Shown: positions 10,182 through 20,500 of the stretch, in pieces
How the letters are laid out: each line of letters starts with the position of its first letter
How positions within the stretch are numbered: the first letter of the stretch is position 1
NCBI GenBank assembly: GCA_016840855.1
Contig: JAEORO010000184.1
Coordinates: forward strand, 1-53,750
Reading direction: 5' to 3'
Origin: Candidatus Thorarchaeota archaeon
Lineage (GTDB): Archaea > Asgardarchaeota > Thorarchaeia > Thorarchaeales > Thorarchaeaceae
DNA length: 53,750 nucleotides
Program-made: the position numbers and the translations under genes
The notes under the pieces: generated by a model
Databases searched by the model: none
What the model was told of the DNA's origin: nothing
What the model saw: only the letters and a program-made list of their open reading frames with translations

Positions 10182-10533
10182 CTATTGATTTTGTTTCTTC
10201 CAGATGTACATCGAAAATTCATTGACTTTATTGAATCCAATTGATTCACACAAATGACGTGCGCGAGTGTTCGTGGTAACAGCTAGTTTAATTTTCTCAG
10301 TTTTAGGTTCAACCTTGAGGATGCATTTATTGAGTTGTTCAATAAAAAATGTTTGAAGCCTTATTTCCTTTTCCTAGACCAACTAACAATATACTATTTG
10401 TCAGAAGTCAAGCCAGTTCTATACGAATCCAACAAGCTATCTAGAGTCGTGAAAGGATCTTTTGTTACTCGATATACGTCTTAATTAGCGATTCAACATC
10501 ATTGAGGTTATTAACAATCATCACTTGCAACAT
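10182..10533 (-). pseudogene. Degraded, internally deleted paralog of the adjacent GNAT acetyltransferase
   Basis: Manual translation gives N-terminal MLQVMIVNNLNDVESLIKTYIE/TKD (cf. MIREIRKDHFDDIDSIIKRYRELTKD) and C-terminal GLGK/..EPKTEKIKLAVTTNTRARHLCESIGFNKVNEFSMYIWKK* (cf. EPALSKVNLDVTLKNNARYLYASLGFEKVHENSIYSWRK*), with frameshifts and stops. Confidence 0.8.
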
Positions 10534-10568
10534 TTTCTAGTTTCTAATTGTCTTCTTGATCAATAAAT

Positions 10569-11480
10569 CTACTGCGCTTTTCTCCAACTGTAAATTGAAT
10601 TTTCATGTACTTTTTCAAATCCAAGCGATGCGTAAAGGTACCTAGCATTATTCTTCAATGTCACATCAAGATTTACTTTTGATAATGCAGGTTCAGATTC
10701 AGCAAGCCGTTTCATCGATTGTACAAGCAATGACTTTCCAAGTCCCCGACCCCTAAACTCCTTTTTAATCACAATATCTGGAATATATCCAGTGTCCCCA
10801 TCTCTTACTGTCATAAAACAAGCACCAGCAGGAGTATCATTACTGAACAAAATCCAGGATGATGATTCACGGTAATCTCCAAACCTGCTAGCCTCAATAC
10901 TCTCTAGGAGACGCGTGCTACCTTCTAAGGAACCAAAGAAATCAGGAAATACATTTTGGTCGACATGACCATCATTTCCTTCAAATACAAGTTGAGAAAT
11001 CTTTTCTCTTATTTCCGGAGTATATGGTTCGAAACTCATACCTTCCGAAAGCTCAGGCTCAGCTAGAGCTTCTATATCACTCCGAGGCAAGGTCATATGC
11101 ATCCTATCATATTTTGAAAAACCAATCTCAACAAAGTGCTTTGATAATTCTTCAGAAATCCAAGGACCTCCAGTTGTGATGTGGGGATAGTCATTTTTGA
11201 ATCTTTCAAATAATGCGCTAACAAGCCTCTTCTCTATCTCAACATCGCCAGCAGCGTAGGCAAAATTAATTCGAACACTCGCTTTCCCAAAAAGGGCCAT
11301 CCCTTTGAGAAAACCATCTTCTGAGTATTCACCATATACACAGGCTTTGTTTTCAGTAATTGAATCTTTGATTTGCTCTGCAAAATTATCTGGAAGGCTA
11401 TCATCTTTTGTGAGTTCCCTATATCGTTTGATAATAGAGTCAATATCATCAAAATGATCTTTTCTAATTTCACGAATCAT
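10569..11480 (-). CDS. GNAT family N-acetyltransferase (tandem GNAT-like domains)
   Basis: C-terminal acetyl-CoA motif FRGRGLGKSLL and NARYLYASLGF. ATG 11480 preferred to 11540. Confidence 0.85.
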   Translation of the reverse strand: MIREIRKDHFDDIDSIIKRYRELTKDDSLPDNFAEQIKDSITENKACVYGEYSEDGFLKGMALFGKASVRINFAYAAGDVEIEKRLVSALFERFKNDYPHITTGGPWISEELSKHFVEIGFSKYDRMHMTLPRSDIEALAEPELSEGMSFEPYTPEIREKISQLVFEGNDGHVDQNVFPDFFGSLEGSTRLLESIEASRFGDYRESSSWILFSNDTPAGACFMTVRDGDTGYIPDIVIKKEFRGRGLGKSLLVQSMKRLAESEPALSKVNLDVTLKNNARYLYASLGFEKVHENSIYSWRKAQ

Positions 11481-11632
11481 AAGGAAAAAGAATTTAGAGA
11501 TATCATAGTAGTTACCATTTACGCAATTATTAGGAGCCATTCTCGAAATCTTGTCAGTTTTGATAATTTCTTAAATCCATTCTTCTATTTCCCACCAATT
11601 AGATAGATTGTACCAATTAGGGGAATTCTAGG

Positions 11633-12775
11633 TCAAAACACTCTGTGTTTGATATCAATATCTCTCTTCCTAAGCTCATCAATGAAGAGGTTTGGAGGAA
11701 TGCATCTTTCTGGTGTAAGTACGCCACGCTTGGAGATTCTACCATCCGCCATCATAATGGCAGTAACTGAAGCTGGAAATGATGTTGTGCGCATCATAGA
11801 TGTCAATCCTGTTGTATCATCATAGTAGTCAATTACTTCATACTCAACATTTCTAGCCTCTGTCCCCTTCCAACCTTCGACCGTTACACGAATAAGAGTC
11901 ACATCTTTTCCTGAGGGGGGTAAGTTCTTTTCAAGAAGATTTTCAAGAACTCTACGCGGATTGATTTTCTTTCCATCAACATCAATTTCTTTGCTATCCA
12001 TTAAGCCCAGTTTCATTATGCACCACATCTTATGGCCATGACCTGGATAGCGAATGGTCTTGTAATCTAATTCTTTCACCTTCCCCTCGTAGGTATGAGG
12101 AAGTGTTGATGTCCCTCCACTTGTGTTGAATGCCTCTAGCTTACCAAACGGTTCTGGAAAAACTATCTCTTCAAATCCGACTAGAGGTTCCTCTATTGTG
12201 ATTTTCCCGTCCCGCAATGCAACACAAGGTTCAATGTACTCGTTGATCAAGCCTTCAACAGAGAATATTAAAGAATAATTGAGAGGTGGACGAGGTTCTT
12301 GCTGAAGACCACCTACACGGATTTTCACGCTCTCAGTACGATCAAGGTACTCAATCCCTTCCCTGGCAAGCACGCTCACCATTCCAGGTGCAAGACCACA
12401 GTCTGGCACTACTGTGACACCAGCGTCTTTCGCTTGATCGTTCATTTCAAGCTGTTTCTGAACTATGGTCCACCCACCACCCAAATCGCACATGTGAGTA
12501 CCAGTTTCAATTGCTACCTCTGTATGTAGGACATTTACGGTATAGCTGACTGCACTAATGACCGAATCAACTTTTGAAAACACTTTGACGAGTTGGTCAC
12601 GTTTCTTTGCATCAATCTTTTCAGCAATAGCCTTGTCACCTACTTCTTTTGCCAAAGCTTCTGCACACTTGATGTCAATGTCCGCAAGCACTATCTGCTC
12701 GATACTATCTTGCTTGACAAGATCGTAGGCAGCACCTTTACCCATCTGTCCAGATCCAAGTACTAGAACCTTCAT
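11633..12775 (-). CDS. Saccharopine dehydrogenase family oxidoreductase (lysine 6-dehydrogenase-like)
   Basis: GSGQMG, CDLGG, DCGLAPG, FSVEGLINEY, YKTIRYPGH, GVLTPE. Confidence 0.88.
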   Translation of the reverse strand: MKVLVLGSGQMGKGAAYDLVKQDSIEQIVLADIDIKCAEALAKEVGDKAIAEKIDAKKRDQLVKVFSKVDSVISAVSYTVNVLHTEVAIETGTHMCDLGGGWTIVQKQLEMNDQAKDAGVTVVPDCGLAPGMVSVLAREGIEYLDRTESVKIRVGGLQQEPRPPLNYSLIFSVEGLINEYIEPCVALRDGKITIEEPLVGFEEIVFPEPFGKLEAFNTSGGTSTLPHTYEGKVKELDYKTIRYPGHGHKMWCIMKLGLMDSKEIDVDGKKINPRRVLENLLEKNLPPSGKDVTLIRVTVEGWKGTEARNVEYEVIDYYDDTTGLTSMMRTTSFPASVTAIMMADGRISKRGVLTPERCIPPNLFIDELRKRDIDIKHRVF

Positions 12776-12903
12776 GACAAGCTCGCCTCAAGATACGATT
12801 GTCAAATGTGGAGCAACGGCATGTAAAAACAATTCCGTCGAGCGCTTTCTTTGTCTATAAATGCCGATATCATTCACTTATCGGAGAGAAGATGATCCTT
12901 CGT

Positions 12904-14796
12904 TCATACTTCTCTTGAAAAGATTGGTTGTTTTGATATTAGATTTGGAAGAAGCAGCCTCTGTTTCGGTGCGAAGCTTGTTTTCTTATCAATCTCTTTG
13001 GCTAATTCCTGAATGCTCATAGTGACTTGGTCTTTCATTTCGCGTCGTCGTATGACAAGCTTTCCACTATCCTTCTCTTTTGCCCCGACAACACAGATGT
13101 ATGGAATCCAGAGTTTCTCAGCACTCCGAACTTTCTTTCCGACAGTCTGAGAACGGTCATCAATCTCATATCGAACCCCATACTTATCAAGCGTCTTTCC
13201 CAATTCAATGCAATAGTCTATGTAGCTATCATCAACAGGTGCAAGACGCACTTGTACAGGAGTCATCCAGAGGGGGAGATGAGGTACTTTTCCAGCTAAT
13301 TTCTGCTTATGCGCATGTTCTAATACACCATAAAGTACTCTCTCAATTGATCCAGATGGAGAGGTATGAAGAATCAATGGGTATTTCTCTTTTCCATCTT
13401 CATCCACATATTTTATGTTAAATCGTTCACTATTCTCAACATCGATTTGGACAGTACCCAAACAAGCAGCTTTCTTCTGCTCATCAACCACGTTCCATTC
13501 GCCCTTGAAAATGAAGTACGCATATCTCTGGTCGAAAATCTCAAGCATCAGTGGTTTTCCAATTCGATTTACGACCTTTAAGACAAACTCTTTATTTTCC
13601 TCATAGAAGGATCTGAGAATTCTAAATGAAACCTCGTAGGAAACCTCGAACTCAGCATGGATTTTCTCGATGAATTCAAGTTGACGAAGGACAGCTTCTT
13701 TGGCTCCTTCTTCGTCGGCAACAATTTCATGGATATCAGGCATGGTGAAAACACGAGGACGACGCATACCAGCTAGTTCTCCACTCTGTTCTCTCCTGAA
13801 TGAAGGTGCGATCTCGAATAGCTTCAGAGGTAATTGTTTGTAAGACACGTGCGCTTGTGATATGAGGAGGAATTGTCCAAAGCATGCACTGAATCGGGCA
13901 AAGTATTCTCGGTCACCAGAGCGTACAACATATTGACGGGAAGGAAACCTCTGGAGATAAGATTTCAATGAGGGGTGTTGATAGTCATAGATGAGTGGAG
14001 TTTGGAGAACATGTGCCCCATAATCAACCATCTCAGTAATAACACGTTCCTCAATCGCCTTCTTCAAGGTCAGTCCTCGAGGAGGCCAGCGAAAATTACC
14101 GGCATCTGATCCAGGTTCATAATCGACAAGTTCTAGCTGCTTCATCAGCTCAATGTGCGGAGGAGGTTCTTGTGCAGTCCTGTCTTTTGCAGTTTCATAT
14201 TGCATGTAGAGTTCTAATTCCTTGTATTTACTGTAGTCGAAATCTTTGATTGGAGTCAATTTCCCACCGGGTTCCATGATGAAGAACTCTGAGGTGGACT
14301 TCTCTTCAGCAACAAGTGCAGTGAGATCCTCACCTTCGGTGATGTCAACATCCGCAACCTTTGAAATCTCCTTTGAAATATCTAAAACCTTCGAACGTTC
14401 AGCAAGAGGATGTCCTTTGCAGTGAATCTCAAATGCCTTATACCAGCCAAATGGTACTCTCACTACGTCGTATCCTCGCTCCTTGAGATCTTTTTCAACA
14501 GCCTTGAGAAGTTTCAGACCGACGCTTGGCTTTGATGGATTCTCAGTCAAGTGTACCCAAGGATAAACAATAATTTTCTCTTCTTTGACCTCGTCAGCTG
14601 CGCTAGCAATCATATCAGCAGTAGCTTTTGCAGCAGCTTGAATATTGTGAGCATCTGTTGTTTCAGCAGCGATGAAATTGACTAAGCAGGAATCATCAGT
14701 CTTGTAGACTTTCTCTTTTACATCTTCTGCATTCTTGAGCGCTTTTCTTTTGGCTTCATATGAAAAGCCATCGCTGTGAATTTGTAACATTCTCAC
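12904..14796 (-). CDS. thrS: Threonine--tRNA ligase, archaeal type with N-terminal editing domain
   Basis: MRMLQIHSD..VYPWVHL..PFGWYKAF.CKGHPLAERS editing domain; Zn ligands in SACFGQ, PDIHE and LHTSPSGSIER; anticodon-binding domain; GTG start. Confidence 0.97.
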   Translation of the reverse strand: MRMLQIHSDGFSYEAKRKALKNAEDVKEKVYKTDDSCLVNFIAAETTDAHNIQAAAKATADMIASAADEVKEEKIIVYPWVHLTENPSKPSVGLKLLKAVEKDLKERGYDVVRVPFGWYKAFEIHCKGHPLAERSKVLDISKEISKVADVDITEGEDLTALVAEEKSTSEFFIMEPGGKLTPIKDFDYSKYKELELYMQYETAKDRTAQEPPPHIELMKQLELVDYEPGSDAGNFRWPPRGLTLKKAIEERVITEMVDYGAHVLQTPLIYDYQHPSLKSYLQRFPSRQYVVRSGDREYFARFSACFGQFLLISQAHVSYKQLPLKLFEIAPSFRREQSGELAGMRRPRVFTMPDIHEIVADEEGAKEAVLRQLEFIEKIHAEFEVSYEVSFRILRSFYEENKEFVLKVVNRIGKPLMLEIFDQRYAYFIFKGEWNVVDEQKKAACLGTVQIDVENSERFNIKYVDEDGKEKYPLILHTSPSGSIERVLYGVLEHAHKQKLAGKVPHLPLWMTPVQVRLAPVDDSYIDYCIELGKTLDKYGVRYEIDDRSQTVGKKVRSAEKLWIPYICVVGAKEKDSGKLVIRRREMKDQVTMSIQELAKEIDKKTSFAPKQRLLLPNLISKQPIFSREV

Positions 14797-14913
14797 TTTA
14801 AAGACCTCAGCTGGTTATGTCATATTTCGTTTCTTACTTAAGCTTGGCGTATTGGAGCTTTCTATGTGAATATGATGTGATTAGGAATATGGATAGAGCA
14901 GATGTTCCATCAA

Positions 14914-15714
14914 TCAAGAGGGTGACTTGTACTTTGTTTTTGCAAGAATAGCAACAAGCACAACTCCACCTAACTCGATTCCAATACAAATTATCACCAC
15001 TACATCGAATAGAGGTGGGAGTGTTATCATCAACATGGTTGATGGAAACACATATACAAAGACTGTATCAGAAACTGAATTTCCTAAATCATCAGCTAGG
15101 ACTATAGTAAGATTATAGAAGCCATACCCAAGAAATGAGAGAGAAACAAAAATTGGCGTACCCGCAGTCCAAGTTCCTGAATCAAAAACTGTCCCATTAA
15201 GATAAACGGAATATGTATTGGGATCAGAATCAATTCCAACCCAACTGATACTGTTTGTTAGATCGCCAGCAAATAGAAACAAGTCAGAGGGGGTGCTTAC
15301 AACAGGTATCTGGTCAGTAGGATATACAATGACCACAACTTCTGATACTGCACTTTGTGAAAAGACATCATCAATATACAATGTATAATTGTAAGCGCCA
15401 ACACTCAATCCATCAACATTCCATGTAAGGCTTGTAGGATTATCAATAACTGCATCAGTGAATATTAGTGCTCCATCCAGGTATAAATTCACAGAAGCTA
15501 AATCTTCATCAAAATATTCCCAATAGAGATTATGTCCCGTAGTACCTTCTTCATAAATCAAATCCTCTGGTTCGACTGTGATTTCTGGCGGCTGCGTGTC
15601 CTGCAATATTGCATTGTGGTTCCCTACTACACGAGAAAAGTCAAACTGAATCCCAATTGTGGTAGCTATTAGTAAGATGCCAACCACTATTGAAACAAAC
15701 GAATTACTTTGCAA
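14914..15714 (-). CDS. Exported protein with two Ig-like beta-sandwich repeats and C-terminal TM anchor
   Basis: Signal-like N-terminus; two ~95-aa repeats (P...P.DL....G.....W...D.......Y.LDG/NG...G.YN.T....D..); C-terminal TM with basic tail. Confidence 0.75.
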   Translation of the reverse strand: MQSNSFVSIVVGILLIATTIGIQFDFSRVVGNHNAILQDTQPPEITVEPEDLIYEEGTTGHNLYWEYFDEDLASVNLYLDGALIFTDAVIDNPTSLTWNVDGLSVGAYNYTLYIDDVFSQSAVSEVVVIVYPTDQIPVVSTPSDLFLFAGDLTNSISWVGIDSDPNTYSVYLNGTVFDSGTWTAGTPIFVSLSFLGYGFYNLTIVLADDLGNSVSDTVFVYVFPSTMLMITLPPLFDVVVIICIGIELGGVVLVAILAKTKYKSPS

Positions 15715-15840
15715 GAAACTCCAATCTCCTTTGTTTTATACACTGTTGACTTTTAGAAATGTCGGTCTTTGGACAGTGGCACGCATCAAAGTTAATGCGA
15801 CCATTACCTTTTTATTAATATATTAACCATAGTTAATAAC

Positions 15841-17274
15841 ATGAAGAACTATGATCTCATCGTTATAGGTTCAGGTGCAGGAATGAACATTGCTTCATCT
15901 GCATATGAGCAAGGACTTAGGGTTGCAGTCGTTGAAAGTGGGCCCATGGGAGGTACTTGTTTGAATCGAGGGTGTATACCCACGAAGATTCTCACATATG
16001 TTGCAGACATAATCACGCAAGCTCAGCACCTCAAAGAGCTAGGAGTTGAGTTCAAGATTGAGAAGATTGACTATCCATGGATTATGAGAAGAATGAGAAA
16101 TGAAGTAGATGGGGATAGTAGGGAACAAGGCGAATCAGTGGATGCTGCAGAAGGAATTGACTGGTACAAGGGGACAGGAGCATTTGTAGATGATTATATT
16201 CTGGAGGTTAACGAAGAGAGAATAAAGTCTCCAAACATTATCATTGCAGCTGGTTCGAGGCCTTTGATTCCTAACATAAAAGGTCTCGACAAAGTTGAAT
16301 ATCTCACTAATGATGAAGCACTTCATCTTATGGAACAGCCCAAATCTATGCTTGTTATGGGAGGAGGTTATATTGCAACGGAATTTGGACACTTCTTTTC
16401 AGCGGTGGGCACTGAAGTGACGATAATAGGACGTAACGAATACCTTGTGAAGAATGAAGATTCTGATGTTTCTGAGATTCTTAAGCAGGAACTCTCGAAG
16501 AGGATGCATGTTCACACCAATCATGAGGTCATCGAAGTAAAGGAAGAGAATGGCGAGAAAATAGTGATTGCTTTAAATCGTGAATCTGGAGCCAAGACCG
16601 AGTTCCGAGGTGAAACATTACTTGTTGCGGCAGGTAGACGCTCAAATGCAGACTTGTTCAAACCCGACAAGACAGGTGTCAAAGTTGACAAGAATGGGTG
16701 GATTATTGTAGACGAATACTTCAGGACAAGCAAGAAGGGTATCTGGTCATTTGGAGATGCGATTGGACGCTATCAATTCAGACATGTCGCAAACGATGAG
16801 TCCCAAATTGTTTGGTATAACTTGGTGCAAACTCTAAATGCTCAACACAAGCGTTCCAAACCGGAATTAATGACTATGGATTACCATGCGATTCCTAGAG
16901 CGGTTTTCTCATATCCTCCGATTGCTACTGTAGGGATGACGCTTAATGAAGCTAAGGAATCGGGGCGTAGGTTATTGGTTGGTCAAGCAGATTATTCGAT
17001 CGCTGCAAAAGGATTTGCGATGGGAAATCCCGCTTCATTAGTTCGAGTGATTGCTGATGCAGATAATCGGAAGATTCTCGGAGCAACAATAATAGGTCCA
17101 TATGCGCCAATCTTGATACAAGAGATAATTAACCTCATGTATACTCACGATGGGACGTATCAATCAATGTTTCAAGCAATGCATATACATCCTGCACTCC
17201 CCGAGGTTGTTCAACGCACATTTGGAAGGTTAGCGCCAATTGATGGTGGACATGTTCATCATCATCATCATTGA
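15841..17274 (+). CDS. Pyridine nucleotide-disulfide oxidoreductase (dihydrolipoamide dehydrogenase / mycothione-reductase-like)
   Basis: GSGAG FAD motif, GGTCLNRGCIP redox disulfide, GGGYIATE, HIHPALPEVV His-Glu pair, C-terminal HVHHHHH. Confidence 0.9.
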   Translation: MKNYDLIVIGSGAGMNIASSAYEQGLRVAVVESGPMGGTCLNRGCIPTKILTYVADIITQAQHLKELGVEFKIEKIDYPWIMRRMRNEVDGDSREQGESVDAAEGIDWYKGTGAFVDDYILEVNEERIKSPNIIIAAGSRPLIPNIKGLDKVEYLTNDEALHLMEQPKSMLVMGGGYIATEFGHFFSAVGTEVTIIGRNEYLVKNEDSDVSEILKQELSKRMHVHTNHEVIEVKEENGEKIVIALNRESGAKTEFRGETLLVAAGRRSNADLFKPDKTGVKVDKNGWIIVDEYFRTSKKGIWSFGDAIGRYQFRHVANDESQIVWYNLVQTLNAQHKRSKPELMTMDYHAIPRAVFSYPPIATVGMTLNEAKESGRRLLVGQADYSIAAKGFAMGNPASLVRVIADADNRKILGATIIGPYAPILIQEIINLMYTHDGTYQSMFQAMHIHPALPEVVQRTFGRLAPIDGGHVHHHHH

Positions 17275-17443
17275 GCATAGTAAAAATTCAGACACGAACC
17301 TGGAATATAATACAATTCACTATTAGAACAGGTAAAATCATCAATTCTATCACAATAGTGTGGGTCAGTTCAAGCTTTCGCCACAATTTCAAAGAGGAGC
17401 AGAAGTAATATATCGGTTTGATAATAGAAAATGGTAGTTCGCT

Positions 17444-17576
17444 GGGCGGCCGAGGAGAGGAAGGTAGCTAGCGCGCGTTAGTTAAAACCACATGCAAGAC
17501 GCAATTTAGAGTGCCACCATTCTATACATGGTTTTGAATTCGCTTTCTCCCTCTGGACGTCTTAAGAGGAGGAGCG
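17444..17576 (+). ncRNA. Candidate structured cis-regulatory 5' leader RNA of the giant gene
   Basis: Outer helix 17444-17463/17543-17562, hairpins 17465-17484 and 17507-17524, stem 17484-17490/17529-17535. An alternative hairpin 17541-17576 buries the SD. G-U pairs indicate the + strand. Confidence 0.5.
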
Positions 17577-17577
17577 C

Positions 17578-20500
17578 ATGCATATGAACCGGAGACTGCG
17601 GAGGATACAACTAGTTTCTGTTATTTTTATCACTATGATGCTTGTGGGATTCATCCCGCAAGTTGTTTGGGCTGGCGAAATGATGCAGGAAGAAGAACCA
17701 ATATTTCGAGACCCATTAGCGAAGTATGAGATTGACCCTGTATACATCTTCTACGACCCAACAAATAAATTGTTGAGAACAATTGCAGAGAATGTTCACC
17801 AAGTTCTCGCATTTCGGCTTGAACACATAGAAATGGTGTCAATCTGCGAGTGGACCAAACTTCAATGTGAGTTGCTAGCGGAACCTTGGATCGCTATCTA
17901 CGCACTCAGTTCAGATTTGAGGAGCGTTCATTTCAATGATTTCAACGTTACTTGGAGTGAGTTCTACGGTTTATTGGCTCAACATGAAAATACAGAACAC
18001 ATTGTAGGAATGGGCAACACTTTAAGCTTGGAGCAATATCTTGGTGAAACAGACATAAATATCCGCACAAGCCAAGCAGAACAAGTAGATGGCTTACTTC
18101 TAGCATTCTATGATATGTGGACAATCCATGAAGCTGTTTCAACAAGAGCTCACATTAGCAGTGATTATGAGAATGCTGCAGGAGATCTTCGAACCATTGC
18201 CTTGAAGATTTATGGTGATAACTTTGGTATGTTTTTTGAGAGAGCCATTGAACCAATCGATGCTGTTGGTGAAATTGATGAAAATGACCTAAACAGAAGA
18301 AATGAAGAAATGTGGGAAAGGCATGCCCCAACAATAGAACCAACATTCTATCAAATGAGTGATGAAGGGAAGCTGATAGAGATAGATGAGGAAGAACTAC
18401 CAGAAGACTTCTCACCTGCAATCAAGATAAGCACTGCATCTGAAGTATCATCAAGTGATTATATTCTAGGCGAGATCCCTCTGCTTTCTGCACTAAGAGG
18501 ACCTATTGGCGAGATAATTGATGTTCTTTTGAGCGTCCTGGGTGACTCCGGTTCAACTGTTATTTCAATACCTACGGACCTTATCGAGACCATCAAAGGC
18601 TTGTTTGAAGTTCTTGAACCAATAATTGGAATTGTGAAGGATTTTGATCTCGAGTCTCCTCTAAAATCGATCATCCAAGCCATAGCGAACGAGTTCCCCT
18701 TCATGGCAGAATTCAAGGACTACTTGAATATTATATTGAAAGCTCTCTTCAACTTCAGGGGTGACCTAGAAAGCATTTTAGGAATAGTTGGAGAACTCAT
18801 ATCCGTACTTTTACCGGATTCTGTACCTCAGATTGCTAAGGACTTCATTGGTCAAATCCTTGGTACTGAGAATGGTCTATGGGATATCATCAGTCAAGTT
18901 GTTTCTGAGGGCAAAGGTGTATTCGACACTATATTCAGTTTCTTCACAAAGAATACGCTTCAGGCATTTCTGAACAAGACTCTTGCTGCAACACTCGGAA
19001 TGACTTCTGGGCAGGTTTCAACCCTTCTCCCTCGCGTAATCAGCTTTGTAGAAGCTACACTTGATTTCCTCACAGGCAAGGACTTCGTGAAGTTTGTTGA
19101 AACAATTGGATCTGACCTCTTGGGGTCCATCCTCTCAGTCACGGGTCTGAGCGATGCTGTCGACAAGGTAATGTCTATCGTGAAGATGGGGATGTCTGCC
19201 TTCAAGCTACTAGATGAGTTTGACACAACAACCTTCCTACAGTTTGGAGTCGAGATGCTGAATGAGATAGTTGGACCGTCCAACATCCCAGGTGGTGCTG
19301 AAGACCTCGCAAAGCAAATGATGGCAGTAATCAAAACATTCCAGGAAGGCGCATTTAGTGATATCAATGGTTTCAAGTCTCAGATTTCGAGCATCTTGGA
19401 TTCAGCAACGAGCGGAGTTACCCAGGCCATTAAGGATGTCATACGTGACACTATGACAATGCTCACTGGTTTCTTCAACGGGGCTTTTGACAAGAATCAA
19501 CTACCTGACCTATTCGAGATTGCTGCGAATTTGATTAATGAAGTAATAGGTGGCGGTGACGCAGCGCAAGTCATTGACGCACTGAATAGTGCTGTGAAGC
19601 CACTCATGGGTCTTATCGCCCTTGTTTCTGATAATGATGCTTTGAAGAATATGATCAGCAAAACGGCCAGTAATTTTGCTTCTGAGCTAAGTAATGCCCC
19701 GACCATGATTAAAAATGTTCTATCCTACCTAGATGTTGAGGATGTCATTAGTGGATTACCAGGGTCAGAAGATGTCCTGGATACTGCTGGTCAAATTGTC
19801 GGCGGCATCATCACGATGATCCAAGGCATCAAAGGTCAGTCATTCCAAGGTATCATGCAGTCAGTTTTAATGGCTGCTGGTTCTTTAGTTGGGACATTAC
19901 CGGCATTTGATGATGTCCCAATTGACGCTTTTCTGAAGCTTCTACAATCATTCTTCCCAGATGCTTTTGGTCTTAGTAAAGATGACATGCCTAGCTCTAC
20001 TGAGGTTATCAGCGAGATCCTTGGTTATGCAGAAGGACTTCTCGGAAGTGGTTTCGATGAATCTATGCTCGAGGATACTCTCGAGTTCTTTATGGACATC
20101 AAGGATATCTTCACCAATGGTGTGAAGTGGCTCCTTGGAAAGGTGTTCGATTGGTTGAGTGGGCTCATCAATCCAGTACTTGAAGATATAGAAAGTACAA
20201 TTGAGGGGTTATTTGCAGGTCTTGATGATTTACTTGGATTCTCAGGTAAGTTCCCAATTGGTCTTGGCGACTGGTCCCTCTTTGACTTGGAGTATGCCTT
20301 AGGAATCAAAGCCAATTTCGCTATTGATCTAAACCCGATTTTCGACATGATTGTGAGCATGATTTTCGATGCTCGCGAGGTCTTCTCCACGGACAATATT
20401 GGGGACTTCTTCAAGACAATCCTGAGTTTCTTTGAGATATCTCCCCAGTTTTACGCTGAACTTGGTATTGGTGGTTTTGACACTGAGAAGAACGCTCTCA

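Noticed and set aside
15841-17274. Mercuric reductase MerA
   Set aside because: It lacks the C-terminal Cys-Cys pair and the N-terminal metal-binding domain; no mer genes nearby.
17444-17576. tRNA, SECIS element or a known riboswitch
   Set aside because: No TpsiC/D-loop cloverleaf signatures, no in-frame UGA selenoprotein candidate in the flanking genes, and no consensus of a riboswitch class I know. Kept as an unknown leader instead.
18460-20240. Helical repeat region as a phage tape-measure protein
   Set aside because: It is embedded in a signal-peptide-bearing, membrane-anchored protein, and the window has no phage structural, integrase or terminase genes.
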